From contig CATNEN010000034.1 in the NCBI GenBank assembly GCA_950097015.1, forward strand, positions 2,418,001-2,482,000: a stretch of 64,000 nt of DNA, written 5' to 3'. The stretch's first letter is position 1. Each line of letters starts with the position of its first letter. A program made the position numbers and the translations under genes. The DNA comes from Macrostomum hystrix. Lineage: Eukaryota > Animalia > Platyhelminthes. Under the pieces are notes generated by a model that did not search any database, was not told the origin of the DNA, and saw only the letters and a program-made list of their open reading frames with translations. This document shows positions 35,020-46,452 of the stretch, in pieces.

Positions 35020-38000
35020 TCATTGGGCGGCACTCGCGGCTCCCGCGGCGTTGGCAGCGGCGCTGCTGCGCTGTTTAAGCATGGTCCAGTCGAAGGTGTA
35101 ATCGAACTGATGGTTGAGAGTGCGGAACAGGATGCGGAACAGCTGTCTCAGGTACATGTAGTCCGGCGCCTCTTCGAATCGGAGGCCCCGGCAATAGTTC
35201 AGGTACATTGTGAACTCTGCTGGGAAGCCTTTGCACAGAGACTCAACTGGTGTGGACATTTTCTTTTCGCTGATCTTCTGGTACTTTTGCTTCTTTGTGG
35301 CCGCCTTAAGGGTGGAAGCGAAAGATCAACATCTGTCATTTTGATCGCGTCGATTTTATGATGAGAATTTTAGTTTTTTTCTGGTTAAGCCATTGAACAT
35401 TTTTGGTTGGAAACTTTTTACGTCGGCAGAATTCAGAATAAATCAGTTCCTGACACGGGGACACGGGGAGAGATGAGACGGGAGAGATGAGACAGGAGAT
35501 GAGACACGGGAGAGATGAGACACGGGAGAGATGAGACAGGGGAGAGATGAGACGGGAGAGATGAGACAGGAGATGAGACACGGGAGAGATGAGACAGGGG
35601 AGAGATTATACAGGATAGAGATAAGACAGGAGATGAGACAGGGGAGAGATGAGACAGGGGAGAGATGAGAAAGGGGAAAGATGACAAATGGGAGAAGATT
35701 AGAGTAGGGAGAGATGAGATAGAGCCTTTTTCGATAGAGCTTAGGAGATTCAGGGCTCAATATTTAGGCCCTGACAAAATGAAGCGTGCAAGCTCACCTG
35801 TAGGCCCTGCCATGGCAGGGAGCCGCGGTTAAAGTACATGAGCACATAGCCCAGACCTTCCATATCGTCGCGTCGGGACTGCTCAATGCCCAGGTGGGCG
35901 TTAATTGAAGCGTAGCGAGCCGTGCCAGTCAGGTTTTTGTCCTCCCTGGGGTAGCGAGTGAAACACGAATGCAGAGTTGATTGGTGACCGGACAATGAAA
36001 ATAAAATAATAGTTTAAATCAATCAGCTTTGCCGCCTCACCGATAGGCGATGTGCTTTCCTGAGCGACTGTCGCGAAACTTTTTAGCCAAGCCGAAGTCA
36101 ATGATAAACACCTTCAGGAGATCAATGTAAGAACAATGTAGCAGTTTAGCCCATAGACTGGAGGGTGAGTCGCAGAGTGGTCTAACGCGTTTGCTGTTCG
36201 CCACTAAGGTCCCTGAGCTTGATTCCACGCGAGGCCACAATAATTTGCGGAGAGAAGCCTTGGGGCTTGCAGTGCAATTTACGCCCTTGAGGGCCAACCT
36301 CCAAGGCACAGTGAGTGTACACACCTGTGTGAGTGTGCGCCTGAGTACAGTATCTGTGTGTGTGCGTGGTCATGAGTCAGCGGAACGGGCAGAATTGCCT
36401 CCACGCTGGCTGCGGGTCTAGTGTCACCAAACGATGTACCATTGCCCGCATCCCTCCTGCAACTATTTTTAGTTTTATTATCCATAGACTTATACATAAA
36501 AAATCTATAAAGAGGAGCGCCAAATTGCTTAATGGTGTATAAAAGTGTTCTCCTGGCTGCTTTAACCATCATAACCGGGCTGGGTTATAATTAGAAAAGC
36601 TGCAGACCTTGTTGCAGTGCCGCCCGATGCCCATCAGAAAGTTGTCCGGCTTGATGTCGCGATGAATGAAGTTCTTGTTGTGCACGTACTCAATCCGATT
36701 GATCATCTGGTCGGCCAGCATTAGCACTGTCTTCATGGTGAATCGGCGCGAGCAGAAGCTGAATAAATCTTCTAAGCTGGGGCCAAGCAGGTCCATCACC
36801 AGCACGTTGTAGTCTTTTTCTACACCGAACCATCTAGGTGCATTGGAATTGAACTATATGTTGCATTGTATTACAGACAGACTAGTTATACAGATAGGCA
36901 GGTAAAATCGGACTGAACTCACCGCACATGAGGAATGCCAATGCCACCCTGCAATAGTTTGTAGAGCTTGCTTTCGTACAGCAGCTGCGGATGCCTTGCC
37001 TTTTGACTCTCAAGTTTAACAGCGATTTCCTAAATTAAATTATTAAATAGGTGGAAATGTTTGATTGCCATTTTTAGTGAAGTTATTAATGATGCACCAT
37101 TTTTAGTGAAGTTCTACTGTAAAAAATATAATGGCCAATGGCAGATAACTTCTTATGCTGCATATAGGGTTCAACCACAGATAATATACAAATAGATTGG
37201 TCACTCAGTTAATTTTCTCTCACACTACTCATAGGACCAGCCATCAGTAGCAAAAAAAGCCAAAAATAAAATCAAGTTTGCAAATTTTTTTAAATAGTCT
37301 TTTGATAGCAAGAAACTTGATATGCATGAGCACACTATTCATTTTATTTCTGATATTAATGTATATTGTATTATTGTAGTAATTATTGTAGTATGTTCTC
37401 ATGTTTTTACGCAAACCAAGAACAAATTTGTAGTACAGTTAACAAAAAATGTAATTATAGCAAGTTTACATAGCAAAGTTTACGAGACAAATTCATAACA
37501 AAATTACATTCAAAAGGCTACAAGTTCATATAACTCGGGCACTCGAGCTAGAAGTTCATATGACAAGTTCACATTAATTTATACATATGTATTGCATACA
37601 TAAAAAATGTTACAAACAATTGCATGCACCAAATTGCCACGTTTCAGTCACAAAGAATGCAATTTTGTTAATTTTTTGCCGCACTTTTCTTTGCTCTTGC
37701 CGGCTCGCAAATTGCGTATTTGTTCTCTGCACCACTATCAAAGGCGCAGGCAGGCGAATCCGGCATACAAGGAATCGCAGTTTTCTTTGTTGACTAGGGT
37801 TGGGGTGAAATCGCAGTCGCAGCGCTCCATCCTTGTTGATGCATGTAGCTGCCACATCAGGCGCCCGCTTCGAAGTATTTGGAGCAGCTGCAGTGTCCTC
37901 AGCATCCCACCTTGTTAGTACAGGCGGATATAGTTCGTCAGCCTCGGCATCAGTCCTTGTTACCTCCAGCTCGCTTTCAGGCTTTAGCCGGTGCAGTACT

Positions 38001-40893
38001 AGCAACTTGTCTGGTACTGCATCCCATAGCAAGCGAGTAGATGCCTCATGACACAATGCGGGGCAGCTGTAAGCCGAATCGTCGAAATGTGCACTGCAGA
38101 CTTTCAACTCGCGCTGTCGAATCGCTGAAAGCTCTAAATCCAGCTCCAGAATTCCTTTCCATCGAGTAGCCACCGCGTCATCTGCTGGGGAATCTGTGCA
38201 TTCGCACTGGAGTTCTGGTATCGCCAGTGAATGCTTGAGCTGTATCTGTGCAGGTGGCTGCACAACACCTTTTTGAGCTGAATGTAAAATTCTGCGTCGC
38301 CATGGCCCAGGACAAAGGAAGGACAAGAAATTGGGCTTGGTCAAATACTCTTTAAACAATAAAGAGGAACTCTACGCTTATATTGAGATTGGTTCACAAG
38401 ACGCATAGTGCGTACATTATGGCTTGCACAGCCATTCACCCTTCCCTCCCTCCCCCAACGAAGCCGCACTTCTACATGTACTAAAGTTAGGGTAGGGCAA
38501 AGCTATGCTAGAGGGCTTTGGGCTTGTACTGTTTGTTGTACAGCCCTCGGCCTCCACCTTCACCTCTCCACACTGCTATAGGCTAGCAAGAGGGTTGAAA
38601 GGGGAAGCGTTTACTGGAAATTCAGGCTAGCAAAAGCCTAGCTTAAAGTCAGGCATGTACATTGTATGTTATGCTTGAAAACTTCATTCCCCTATTAAAT
38701 TAATTCATTTTAGTCACTGATATTTTTGTTGTCATTTGCATTTACAATACCATCCTAAGAGAAGTATCCATTTTGGACCCACAGCGAGATGGAGAGTGAC
38801 CAATCTAGTTATATGTTATCTGTGGGTTCAACAAATGCAAATGGAACAAAAAATGTGGAATATTCAATATGAAGGATAAATACATTGTAATCAGTTTTGG
38901 CTTGCTATATAGCAATACAAAGTTTTTATGAACAAAATGTGGTGATTGCTAAGGACAAGAGTTCTAAATTATAATGATATATCGAAATTATTTCTGCATA
39001 TTTTTCTTGAACTTTATACTTTACTTTACATTACATAAGTGGATACTTTAAATTTTATGATTGACTCTATGCTCTGATTGACATAAAAAATTAAGTAGAA
39101 AATTAGGCTTAAATTTTGATAATATCCCAATTCAAAAAACTTAGGATCCAGAAAAAACTGGATTCCAGTCTGATTGGGATCCTGACCCTTGAAAAAATGG
39201 AAATTAGGAATAGGTCTTGTCCCTTTTTAACTAGTTATATCCTAAATTAATTGGTTACAAAACTTTGCATTGATTCTTTTGTGTTCTACTTTTCTATCTT
39301 GATCTTAATACAACACACATTGGTAAGAAGAACATTAAGTAGTCAGCTAGCTGATGTTGCTATGAGTTTAAGTGTCAGCTCAGCTGGGATTACACACAGC
39401 TCATGTAGGGTGACTTGTAGATTTACCTTTTTTCTCATTGTTTCCCTTTTCAACTTGCTAGATTTGTGCTATAGACTATGAATTTTCAAAGATAGTGATA
39501 AATGAGCTACTAAATGAAAGCCACATCTGCTTGATATAATTATAAAAATTTTAAATTTAAGAGTGGGGTCATGGGGTGGCTTCACAAGACCAAAGTTTCA
39601 CAATGCTGAAACACATTTTTTAAAGACTGAAATTTTATAAGAATGAAACATCACAACACCAAAAAACCAAAATGCAGACCCCTTCACAAGACCAAAACTT
39701 CATAAGACTGAAACTTCACAATGCCATAAAGTCTTGCACTGTCTTTCATAAGACTAAAACTTTATAAGACCAAAATTTCATAATAGCAAAAAGTAAAAAT
39801 GCTGACCACTTCAGAAGACCAAAACTCCACAATGCTGAAAATTCTTGCACTGTTCTTCTGCATTTTTACTTTTTGGCATTGTTAAATTTTGGTCTTATGA
39901 AGTTTTGGTCTTGTGAAAGATGATGTCTTTTGGCATTGTGAAAGCCACCTTTGAGAGTGTATGTACATTTGAATTATTTATGTTGTGGAAGAGGAGAGGA
40001 ATGGAGAGGAATGATTTTTGAGAGTTATTTGAGCACCTTAGTTAGGAAAGTGCAGTATATGCACCAAAAATAAACTTGATCAGATTTTTTCACTGTATGC
40101 CATGCACCATACAATGAGCCACAGATTATATTTGAGCCAAAAAAATTGCATGTGCACAAAAATACAAAAGTCAAATGCGCACAGGCGCAAGTCTAGCAAA
40201 AAAAAGTTATTATATTAATTTGTTAATTTTTTTATTTTATTTGAAAAGGTGAACTTTAGAAAAATATGAAACTGTTATCTTATTGTATATTAGAAATTTG
40301 AAAATGTGAAGTTTTTACGCAAGGTCTATTGTTATCTAATTGGATATTTTGTTTAAGGTACATGTGTAGATATTGAAAAGTTCTGAGCAAAATATTCCAT
40401 ATATTGAAAATGTATATTAAAGACTGAAATTTGAGACAGGCAATGTGCACCAAATTGCAACATGTAGCTAGTAAATTGTTTCTGTATACTGAGTACACTG
40501 TGTGTGCTAAAAATTCATTGTGTGTCCTAAAATCTACCACCTTCCTGCCTATGTTTTGAGCATAACTATAATTTTATCACATATCTATCATAGTAATATT
40601 ACTAATTATTTTACTTTGTTTATTATACGGCAGAGCTTATCTACACAGTCCAATGCAAATAGTGTTATTTTATACACTTGAATCCATGCTGATAATGTGG
40701 GCTATATTAAGCCAAAGCGATGGCCGATGCATAAAAACGCAAAGCGATAATTTAATACAAAAGCAAAACTCACTTCCCCATTGGTTTGATTTACTCCAAG
40801 GTAAATCTCACCAAATGATCCACTGCCGATTTTCTTAATAAGTCTGTACTTCTGATTCACAATGAACTCTTTGTTACTGGCGCTGCTCGCCAT
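35020..40893 (-). CDS. CSNK1A1: Casein kinase I alpha, 318 aa; exons 40893-40774, 37029-36923, 36833-36608, 36111-36041, 35945-35798, 35304-35020
   Basis: [32 protein letters not shown] (alpha signature), [53 protein letters not shown]. The 957-nt spliced frame is intact. Confidence 0.97.
35453..35720. repeat. 16-bp GAGATGAGACA(C/G)GGGA minisatellite in CK1 intron 5
   Basis: Same unit as 1-639. Confidence 0.9.
36160..36481 (+). mobile_element. SINE family A copy in CK1 intron 3
   Basis: Degenerate tRNA head, body shared with 23419-23659 (with an internal deletion), 9-bp TSD CCATAGACT (36151-36159 / 36482-36490). Confidence 0.88.
37610..38303 (-). pseudogene. THAP zinc-finger gene nested in CK1 intron 1, with a single frameshift (pseudogene, transposon relic or assembly indel)
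   Basis: ATG at 38303 reads [18 protein letters not shown]...VRMHRFP. Removing one base from the G4 run at 38187-38190 joins it to ADDAVATRW...LKVCSAHF...LLWDAVP, completing the C2CH, W and AVP-box THAP signature. Confidence 0.8.
39575..39949. mobile_element. Palindromic MITE-like element in CK1 intron 1
   Basis: Termini GGTGGCTTCACAA / TTGTGAAAGCCACC; internal inverted AAGACCAAAA / TTTTGGTCTT subrepeats. No TSD recognised. Confidence 0.65.
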
Positions 40894-42300
40894 TTCTTGT
40901 GAAGATTAGGAAATAATATGTACTGAGCTTGATAACTAAAATACTGTGATAAAAACAGCTATCATGGCACAAAAAAAGAATTTAACTTTATCAATTTAGA
41001 AAATAAAGAAGCTGCAGATAACCTTTGCAAGAAAAATACAAAGAAAATCAATCATCTGTGTTTATGCTTTAAAAAACGTGCGCAATTTAGTTTTTTAACG
41101 TTATTAAAACTTTTTTTATCTAAGAACTGTGGAATAAAAATATTTGACTAGCTTATTTCACAATTATAATACCGATTTTATTTCCAAAATAAAGTTTTGT
41201 GCCTGGTACATTTGTTTTACTTTATTTACTCAAAACGGTTTGCACTGTTCATTGTTAAACTAAACTCTTAATTCTAGATTAAAAAATAATGCTAAATTTA
41301 GGGTCCAACTAGGGTCCAGCTTTTGCGCGAATTTTTTAAGAGCTTAATGCAGTTTTGCTGGGTGACAACTGCAATTTAAAAGAAAGCAATTACAAGAAAA
41401 ATTGGAAATAAAATACGTTCAATTTTGGAACATAACTAATAACCATGGCTAGTTAAAAGGCTCGTTTTGAAAGTAAATAGCAGTGGGTTAGTTGGACGCG
41501 AGCTATTGTAGTAGCTAACTGCACATGTACTGCAGTATTACAGGAGAAAAAAAATAATGGCTTGTTCGATTTACTAACTACCGTGAGGGAGGATTGAGTA
41601 TAATATAAAATACGCTTTTCGAAATGAACGAAATTCACAAAGATTATATTTAAAATCACCCCCGAATACTATAATCAATATAGGATTTTGATTAGTCCTG
41701 TTGTGCACCGAACAATTTTGCTGAATTCTTTAACGAGCAAGTAGTAAAAAAGTCAAGAAAATATTTTTTGAGCTGTCTGTGAGATAAAAAACGGAAAATT
41801 AGAACAGTTTACTTAACTGGAAGTATATTTTATCATATTTAATTGGCTAGTAAATTAGCTAGTAATTAAAGTTAAAAGGCTCATTTTGAAAGTACTCTGC
41901 TAGGTGTGCAGTAAACTGTGTGGAAGTAGAGGTAGGGCTGTTTGTAGCAGTCTGTCACTTATGATAGATTTGAAATAAGTAAACCGAAATAGTAGAACCG
42001 AAAAAATCGATGCGTAACTGTGGTGATAAAAGCATGCAGCCTTGATCTTATTTAAAGCGAAAGATTATGAAACTGTTGACTAATAGGGGCAACTATTACT
42101 TTAGTTGTTAATAGTAAGTTAGTTAATAGTAATATTACTATTACTATTACAATTGATTACTACTGTACTCTTATACGTGTAGTAACGAGAAGGTGGTAAA
42201 ATTGAGGGTGAAATTACTGGTGCAATTATTTGAGTCAGGAGTAATACAGTTTGATTATTGAGTCGATTTGTTCACTAGCTACTGTTTGTTCCTGGACGAT

Positions 42301-42746
42301 TTAGCAGCAGGACTTGTAGGTGCACTTCGTCTTGGCCGGCTCATCGCAAACCTTGGTAGTTGTAGTGTAGGTGCGCTGGAAAAAGAGAGGTATACAATAG
42401 AGTTTTTTTAGTTTACATCAGCAAGTAGTAGGTCAAATTATAGTCTTGCGAAACGTTGCTTCTCGCCTACCTTCTGCTCGGTGACGCAGCAGGTCGCGCC
42501 GCATGGGCTGCAAGCCGGGGCGCACGGGCTGCAAGCCGGGGCGCACGGGTTGCACGCCGGGGCGCACGGGTTGCACGCCGGGGCGCACGGGTTGCACGCC
42601 GGGGCGCACGGGTTGCACACCGGAGCGCACACAGGGGCGCACGGGCTGCAAGCCGGGGCGCACGGGTTGCACACTGGAGCGCACGGGTTGCACACCGGAG
42701 CGCACACAGGGGCGAAGGTGGTCTGGGTGCTGCAGAAGGACGACAT
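42301..42746 (-). CDS. Cys/Pro-rich small protein B, 116 aa (27 Cys); exons 42746-42471, 42375-42301
   Basis: AAG|GTAGG donor and TTTTTCCAG acceptor; CAP(A/V)C(N/S)P heptads; C-terminal exon RTYTTTTKVCDEPAKTKCTYKSCC* is homologous to that of the neighbouring gene. Confidence 0.85.
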
Positions 42747-43257
42747 GATGGCTGGTGACTAGGTGGAGGTGAAGCTCGCAAGCTGAAATTGTAAAATAAT
42801 GTTCTTTTAAGCGGATTTCTTTATAAAAGAAGACTTTACTAAAAAAAACTTTTTGTTGGCACGTGTGACCTACGACTCTAAGACTAACTAGGAAAATAGT
42901 CACGTACTTAAATAAATGTTAAATCCTTAAAGACGAAGCTATTTGAAGTAGGAATTAAAATAAAGAGTCCAGAAGTCAACAACTGGTCTTTACTGAAATA
43001 AATCAATATTATATCTGCAAGTCGAGTTTCATGAATACTAGAAAATAAAGCTATACTGTTCTTTGTTATTCAAAAAGTTTTTCAAGTCGTCCACTAAAGG
43101 GAGCTAATTATTATAGTTTGACCGGAATAAAGGAGCGGTGCAGAGTGTTATTGACCCTAGTAAGCTTGTATGATGCGGACTGAGGCTGCAGTTGCTTGTC
43201 AGGGATATCTAGTTTAAAAAACGTAGTGGTGGAGTTCGGTATGGTCTTAATAGTCCA

Positions 43258-43263
43258 TTTATT
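43258..43263 (-). terminator. Polyadenylation signal AATAAA of Cys/Pro-rich gene A
   Basis: About 80 nt downstream of the TGA at 43340. Confidence 0.55.
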
Positions 43264-43339
43264 GTCCAGAAATTTCCAGCAATGTAGATTGCTTCAGTTG
43301 CTCCACCACTCGCAGCCAGCCTGCTCAGTCAGTGTGAGC

Positions 43340-43849
43340 TCAGCAACACGGCTTCTCAGAGCCCTTGCAGTAGTAGCTGGTCTTCGCTGGCTTGTCGCAC
43401 ACCTTGGTGGTCGTCAGGTACGTTCTCTGTTCGGGTGGAAGCAAGTTGGTTTACTTCAGTATTTCTTAAATATTTTTTCCCTTCTTTTCTTTCATTTATT
43501 TCTTTAGAAATAAAAAAATTACCTTCTGCTCAGTTGAGCAGCAGGTCTTGCCGCACGGAGCACTGCATAGCGGGCTGACGTATTGCGACTGCACACTAGA
43601 GCAGGCTGGAGCGCAGGGCGCGCTGCACGGAGCCACACAGGGCTGGACGCTCGTGTAGGCCGGAGCGCAGGGCGCGCTGCACGGAGCCACACAGGGCTGG
43701 ACGCTCGTGTAGGCCGGAGCGCAGGGCGCGCTGCACGGAGCAAAGCAGGGGGCCGCTGAGCATTGAACTGGGGCGCGCTGCAGGTAAGGCCCCATAGCTG
43801 AGTACTGCAGGCCGCACGGATTGCTGCTGTAGTTGTAGTTGAAGGCCAT
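43340..43849 (-). CDS. Cys/Pro-rich small protein A, 137 aa (20 Cys); exons 43849-43523, 43426-43340
   Basis: TTGCAG acceptor 5 nt before the ATG; AAG|GTAAT donor; APCSAPCAPA repeats; last exon RTYLTTTKVCDKPAKTSYYCKGSEKPCC*; same intron position (TEQK|RTY) as the paralog. Confidence 0.87.
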
Positions 43850-43954
43850 GTTATCTGCAAGGTAAAACAACGGGGGTAAGTTAAGCCAAAGATCATTCGA
43901 TCGTCATACTTCTCTGAACGTTGCCACACAAGACAAGGCCAGGTATAGCCTCAC

Positions 43955-44068
43955 CTGGTAGTGTAGGCTGGCACTGCTGAGACTGTAGGCTGAGCTATCT
44001 CGAGTTGCTTTCACCGTTGAAGCTTGGAAGATGCTCTTTCTGCCCGCCCAGCCAGCCTTCTATTTATC
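43955..44068 (-). promoter_or_regulatory. Putative TATA-like box (44067-44061) and non-coding first exon ending at CAG|GTGAG (43955)
   Basis: GGATAAATAG upstream of an ATG-less stretch ending in a consensus donor, which pairs with the acceptor at 43857-43855. Confidence 0.45.
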
Positions 44069-44584
44069 CTATCAGGTCTGGGGGGAGGTCGACTCCGAGA
44101 CAACTGCGCAGCGGCGAACTGCAGTGCCAGTTCCTGTTTCTCGTCGGTCGAATTAAACTTCAGCATAGAAAGGAAGAGACACAAATAGTTCTGAGCAGAG
44201 TTGAGTTCGGCTTCTGAGAACTTCGCAAAAGCATGGCGGAAAACGGAACTGCAGCTGTGTAATTTTAGTCCCGATTAAATTTCTTTAGGTTCAGCGTTTA
44301 AATTAGGAATTTCCAGTCGCATCATTGCTTTTTGCGAGCCTCTATTGCACTCTATCGCACCGATGCGCTTGTGGACAAACTCAATTTGACTGCAAACTAT
44401 GTTTAGAAAATAAAGCAGTGGTCAATTATTGTAGCAATTGTGTTGGTCAAAATTGTTGTGAGCTCTAGCCTTTCAAACTATCCTTGTCAACCTATTTTTA
44501 TCAAAAAAATTCGAAAAGTTTGATATGAATACCGCATTACACTGCACAAAAACCACGAAGACATCTTGGTACACTAATACATCG

Positions 44585-44935
44585 CTCTTGTGTTTCGCTC
44601 CTTAGTATCGCTCTTGAGTATCGTTCTTGAGAATCGCTTTTGAGTAATGCTCTTGAGTATCGCTCTTGAGTATCGCTCTTGAGTACCGCTCATAGAGCAT
44701 TGCTCTTGAGTATCGCTCACTGAGCATTGCTCTTGTGTATCGCTCTTGAGTATCGCTCATTGAATATTGCTCATTGTTTTTCGCTCATTGAATATTGCTC
44801 ATTGTTTTTCGCTCTTGTGTATCGCTGTTGAGTATCGCTAATTGAGCATTGCTCATTGTTTATCGCTCTTGAGTATCGGTCATGAGTATCGCTCTAGTGT
44901 ATCGCTCATGAGTATCGCTCTAGTGTATCGCTAGA
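44585..44935. repeat. ~13-bp degenerate minisatellite (GAGTATCGCTCTT)n
   Basis: Direct reading. Confidence 0.85.
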
Positions 44936-44984
44936 TCGCTCGGGTACTTCACCACCTCCTCGGGCACTCCACCGCCACCTTGGG

Positions 44985-45405
44985 CACTCTATCGCCTCCT
45001 CCTCACACAACTCACCTCCTCCTCATACAAATCACCTCCTCCTCATACAAATCACCTCCTCCTCACACAACTCACCTCCTCCTCATACAAATCACCTCCT
45101 CCTCATACAAATCACCTCCTCCTCATACAACTCACCTCCTCCTCATACAACTCACCTCCTCCTCATACAACTCCCCTCCTCCTCATACAACTCACCTCCT
45201 ACTCATACAACTCACCTCCTCCTCATACAACTCACCTCCTACTCATACAACTCACCTCCTCCTCATACAACTCACCTCCTCCTCATAAAACTCACCTCCT
45301 CCTCATACAACTCACCTCCTCCTCATACAACTCACCTCCTCCTCATACAACTCACCTCCTCCTCATACAACTCACCTCCTCCTCAGGCACCTCAACTCCT
45401 CCTCT
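44985..45405. repeat. 20-bp minisatellite (CCTCATACAACTCACCTCCT)n
   Basis: Period 20. Confidence 0.92.
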
Positions 45406-46004
45406 ACCCCACATCCGCCAGAAAGTCTCTTAAAAGAAACATGCCACCTAGTCTGGCTCAATCATGCAGTCAACGTTTTTCACTGTTGACCAAAATTTTA
45501 AACCAGACTATCTCTAATTAAGGTCTGTAAGTAGATGGCAAAATCTGAAATCTGAGAGTCGTTTTTGGTTTGTTGCATAAAGTGGCTTCTAAAATTTTTC
45601 TACGAACTTGTGCCAGCCAATCTTAGTGACAGCCAAGTATCGATTCTATTTTACAGTAGATGGTTGAACTGTTTATGCACGGTTACAACTGCCCACTCTC
45701 TGCAACCTTGCTGACAGGTGATGATTACGCAAGCTAAGTTCATAAATATGTTTATATAACAAGTTCATCCTGCGCCACTTTGACCAGTGCAGTTGAGAAT
45801 TTGTCTCTCCGCCAAGATTGAAATCGTATGCGTCTGCATTCAGAACAGGCATCTGATGCAATTTCAGTTCAAATGTAAACAGAACGACCTCAAAGACTTC
45901 ACTGCGTCCTACACAGGATTTAGCCTCGACAATGATTATAGGACATACGCCTTGAGTGATCTATAGAAACAGACAGCAAATACCGAGATATATACAGACG
46001 GATC

Positions 46005-46302
46005 GGACAGACAGACAGCCGGACACAGCAGACAGACAGACAGACAGACATACAGGCAGACAGACAATGAGACAAACAGACAGACAGACAGGCAGAACAA
46101 CAGGCAGACAGACAGGCAGACAGACAGGCAGACAGACAGGCAGACAAACAGGCTGACAGACAGGCAGACAGACAGACAGACACACAGGCAGGCAGGCAGG
46201 CAGACGGACAGGCAGGCAGGCAGACGGACAGGCAGGCAGGCAGGCAGGCAGAGAGACAGACAGACACCCAGCACAGAGAGAAAGACAGAAAGACAGAGAG
46301 AC

Positions 46303-46359
<57 letters not shown>

Positions 46360-46452
46360 CACAGAGAGACAGACAGAAAGACTGTCAGAAAGACAGACAG
46401 ACACTGGCGGACAGACAGAAAGACAGACAGGCAGGCAGATAGGCAGACAGAC
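46005..46452. repeat. Compound (CAGA)n/(CAGG)n microsatellite
   Basis: Direct reading. Confidence 0.92.
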
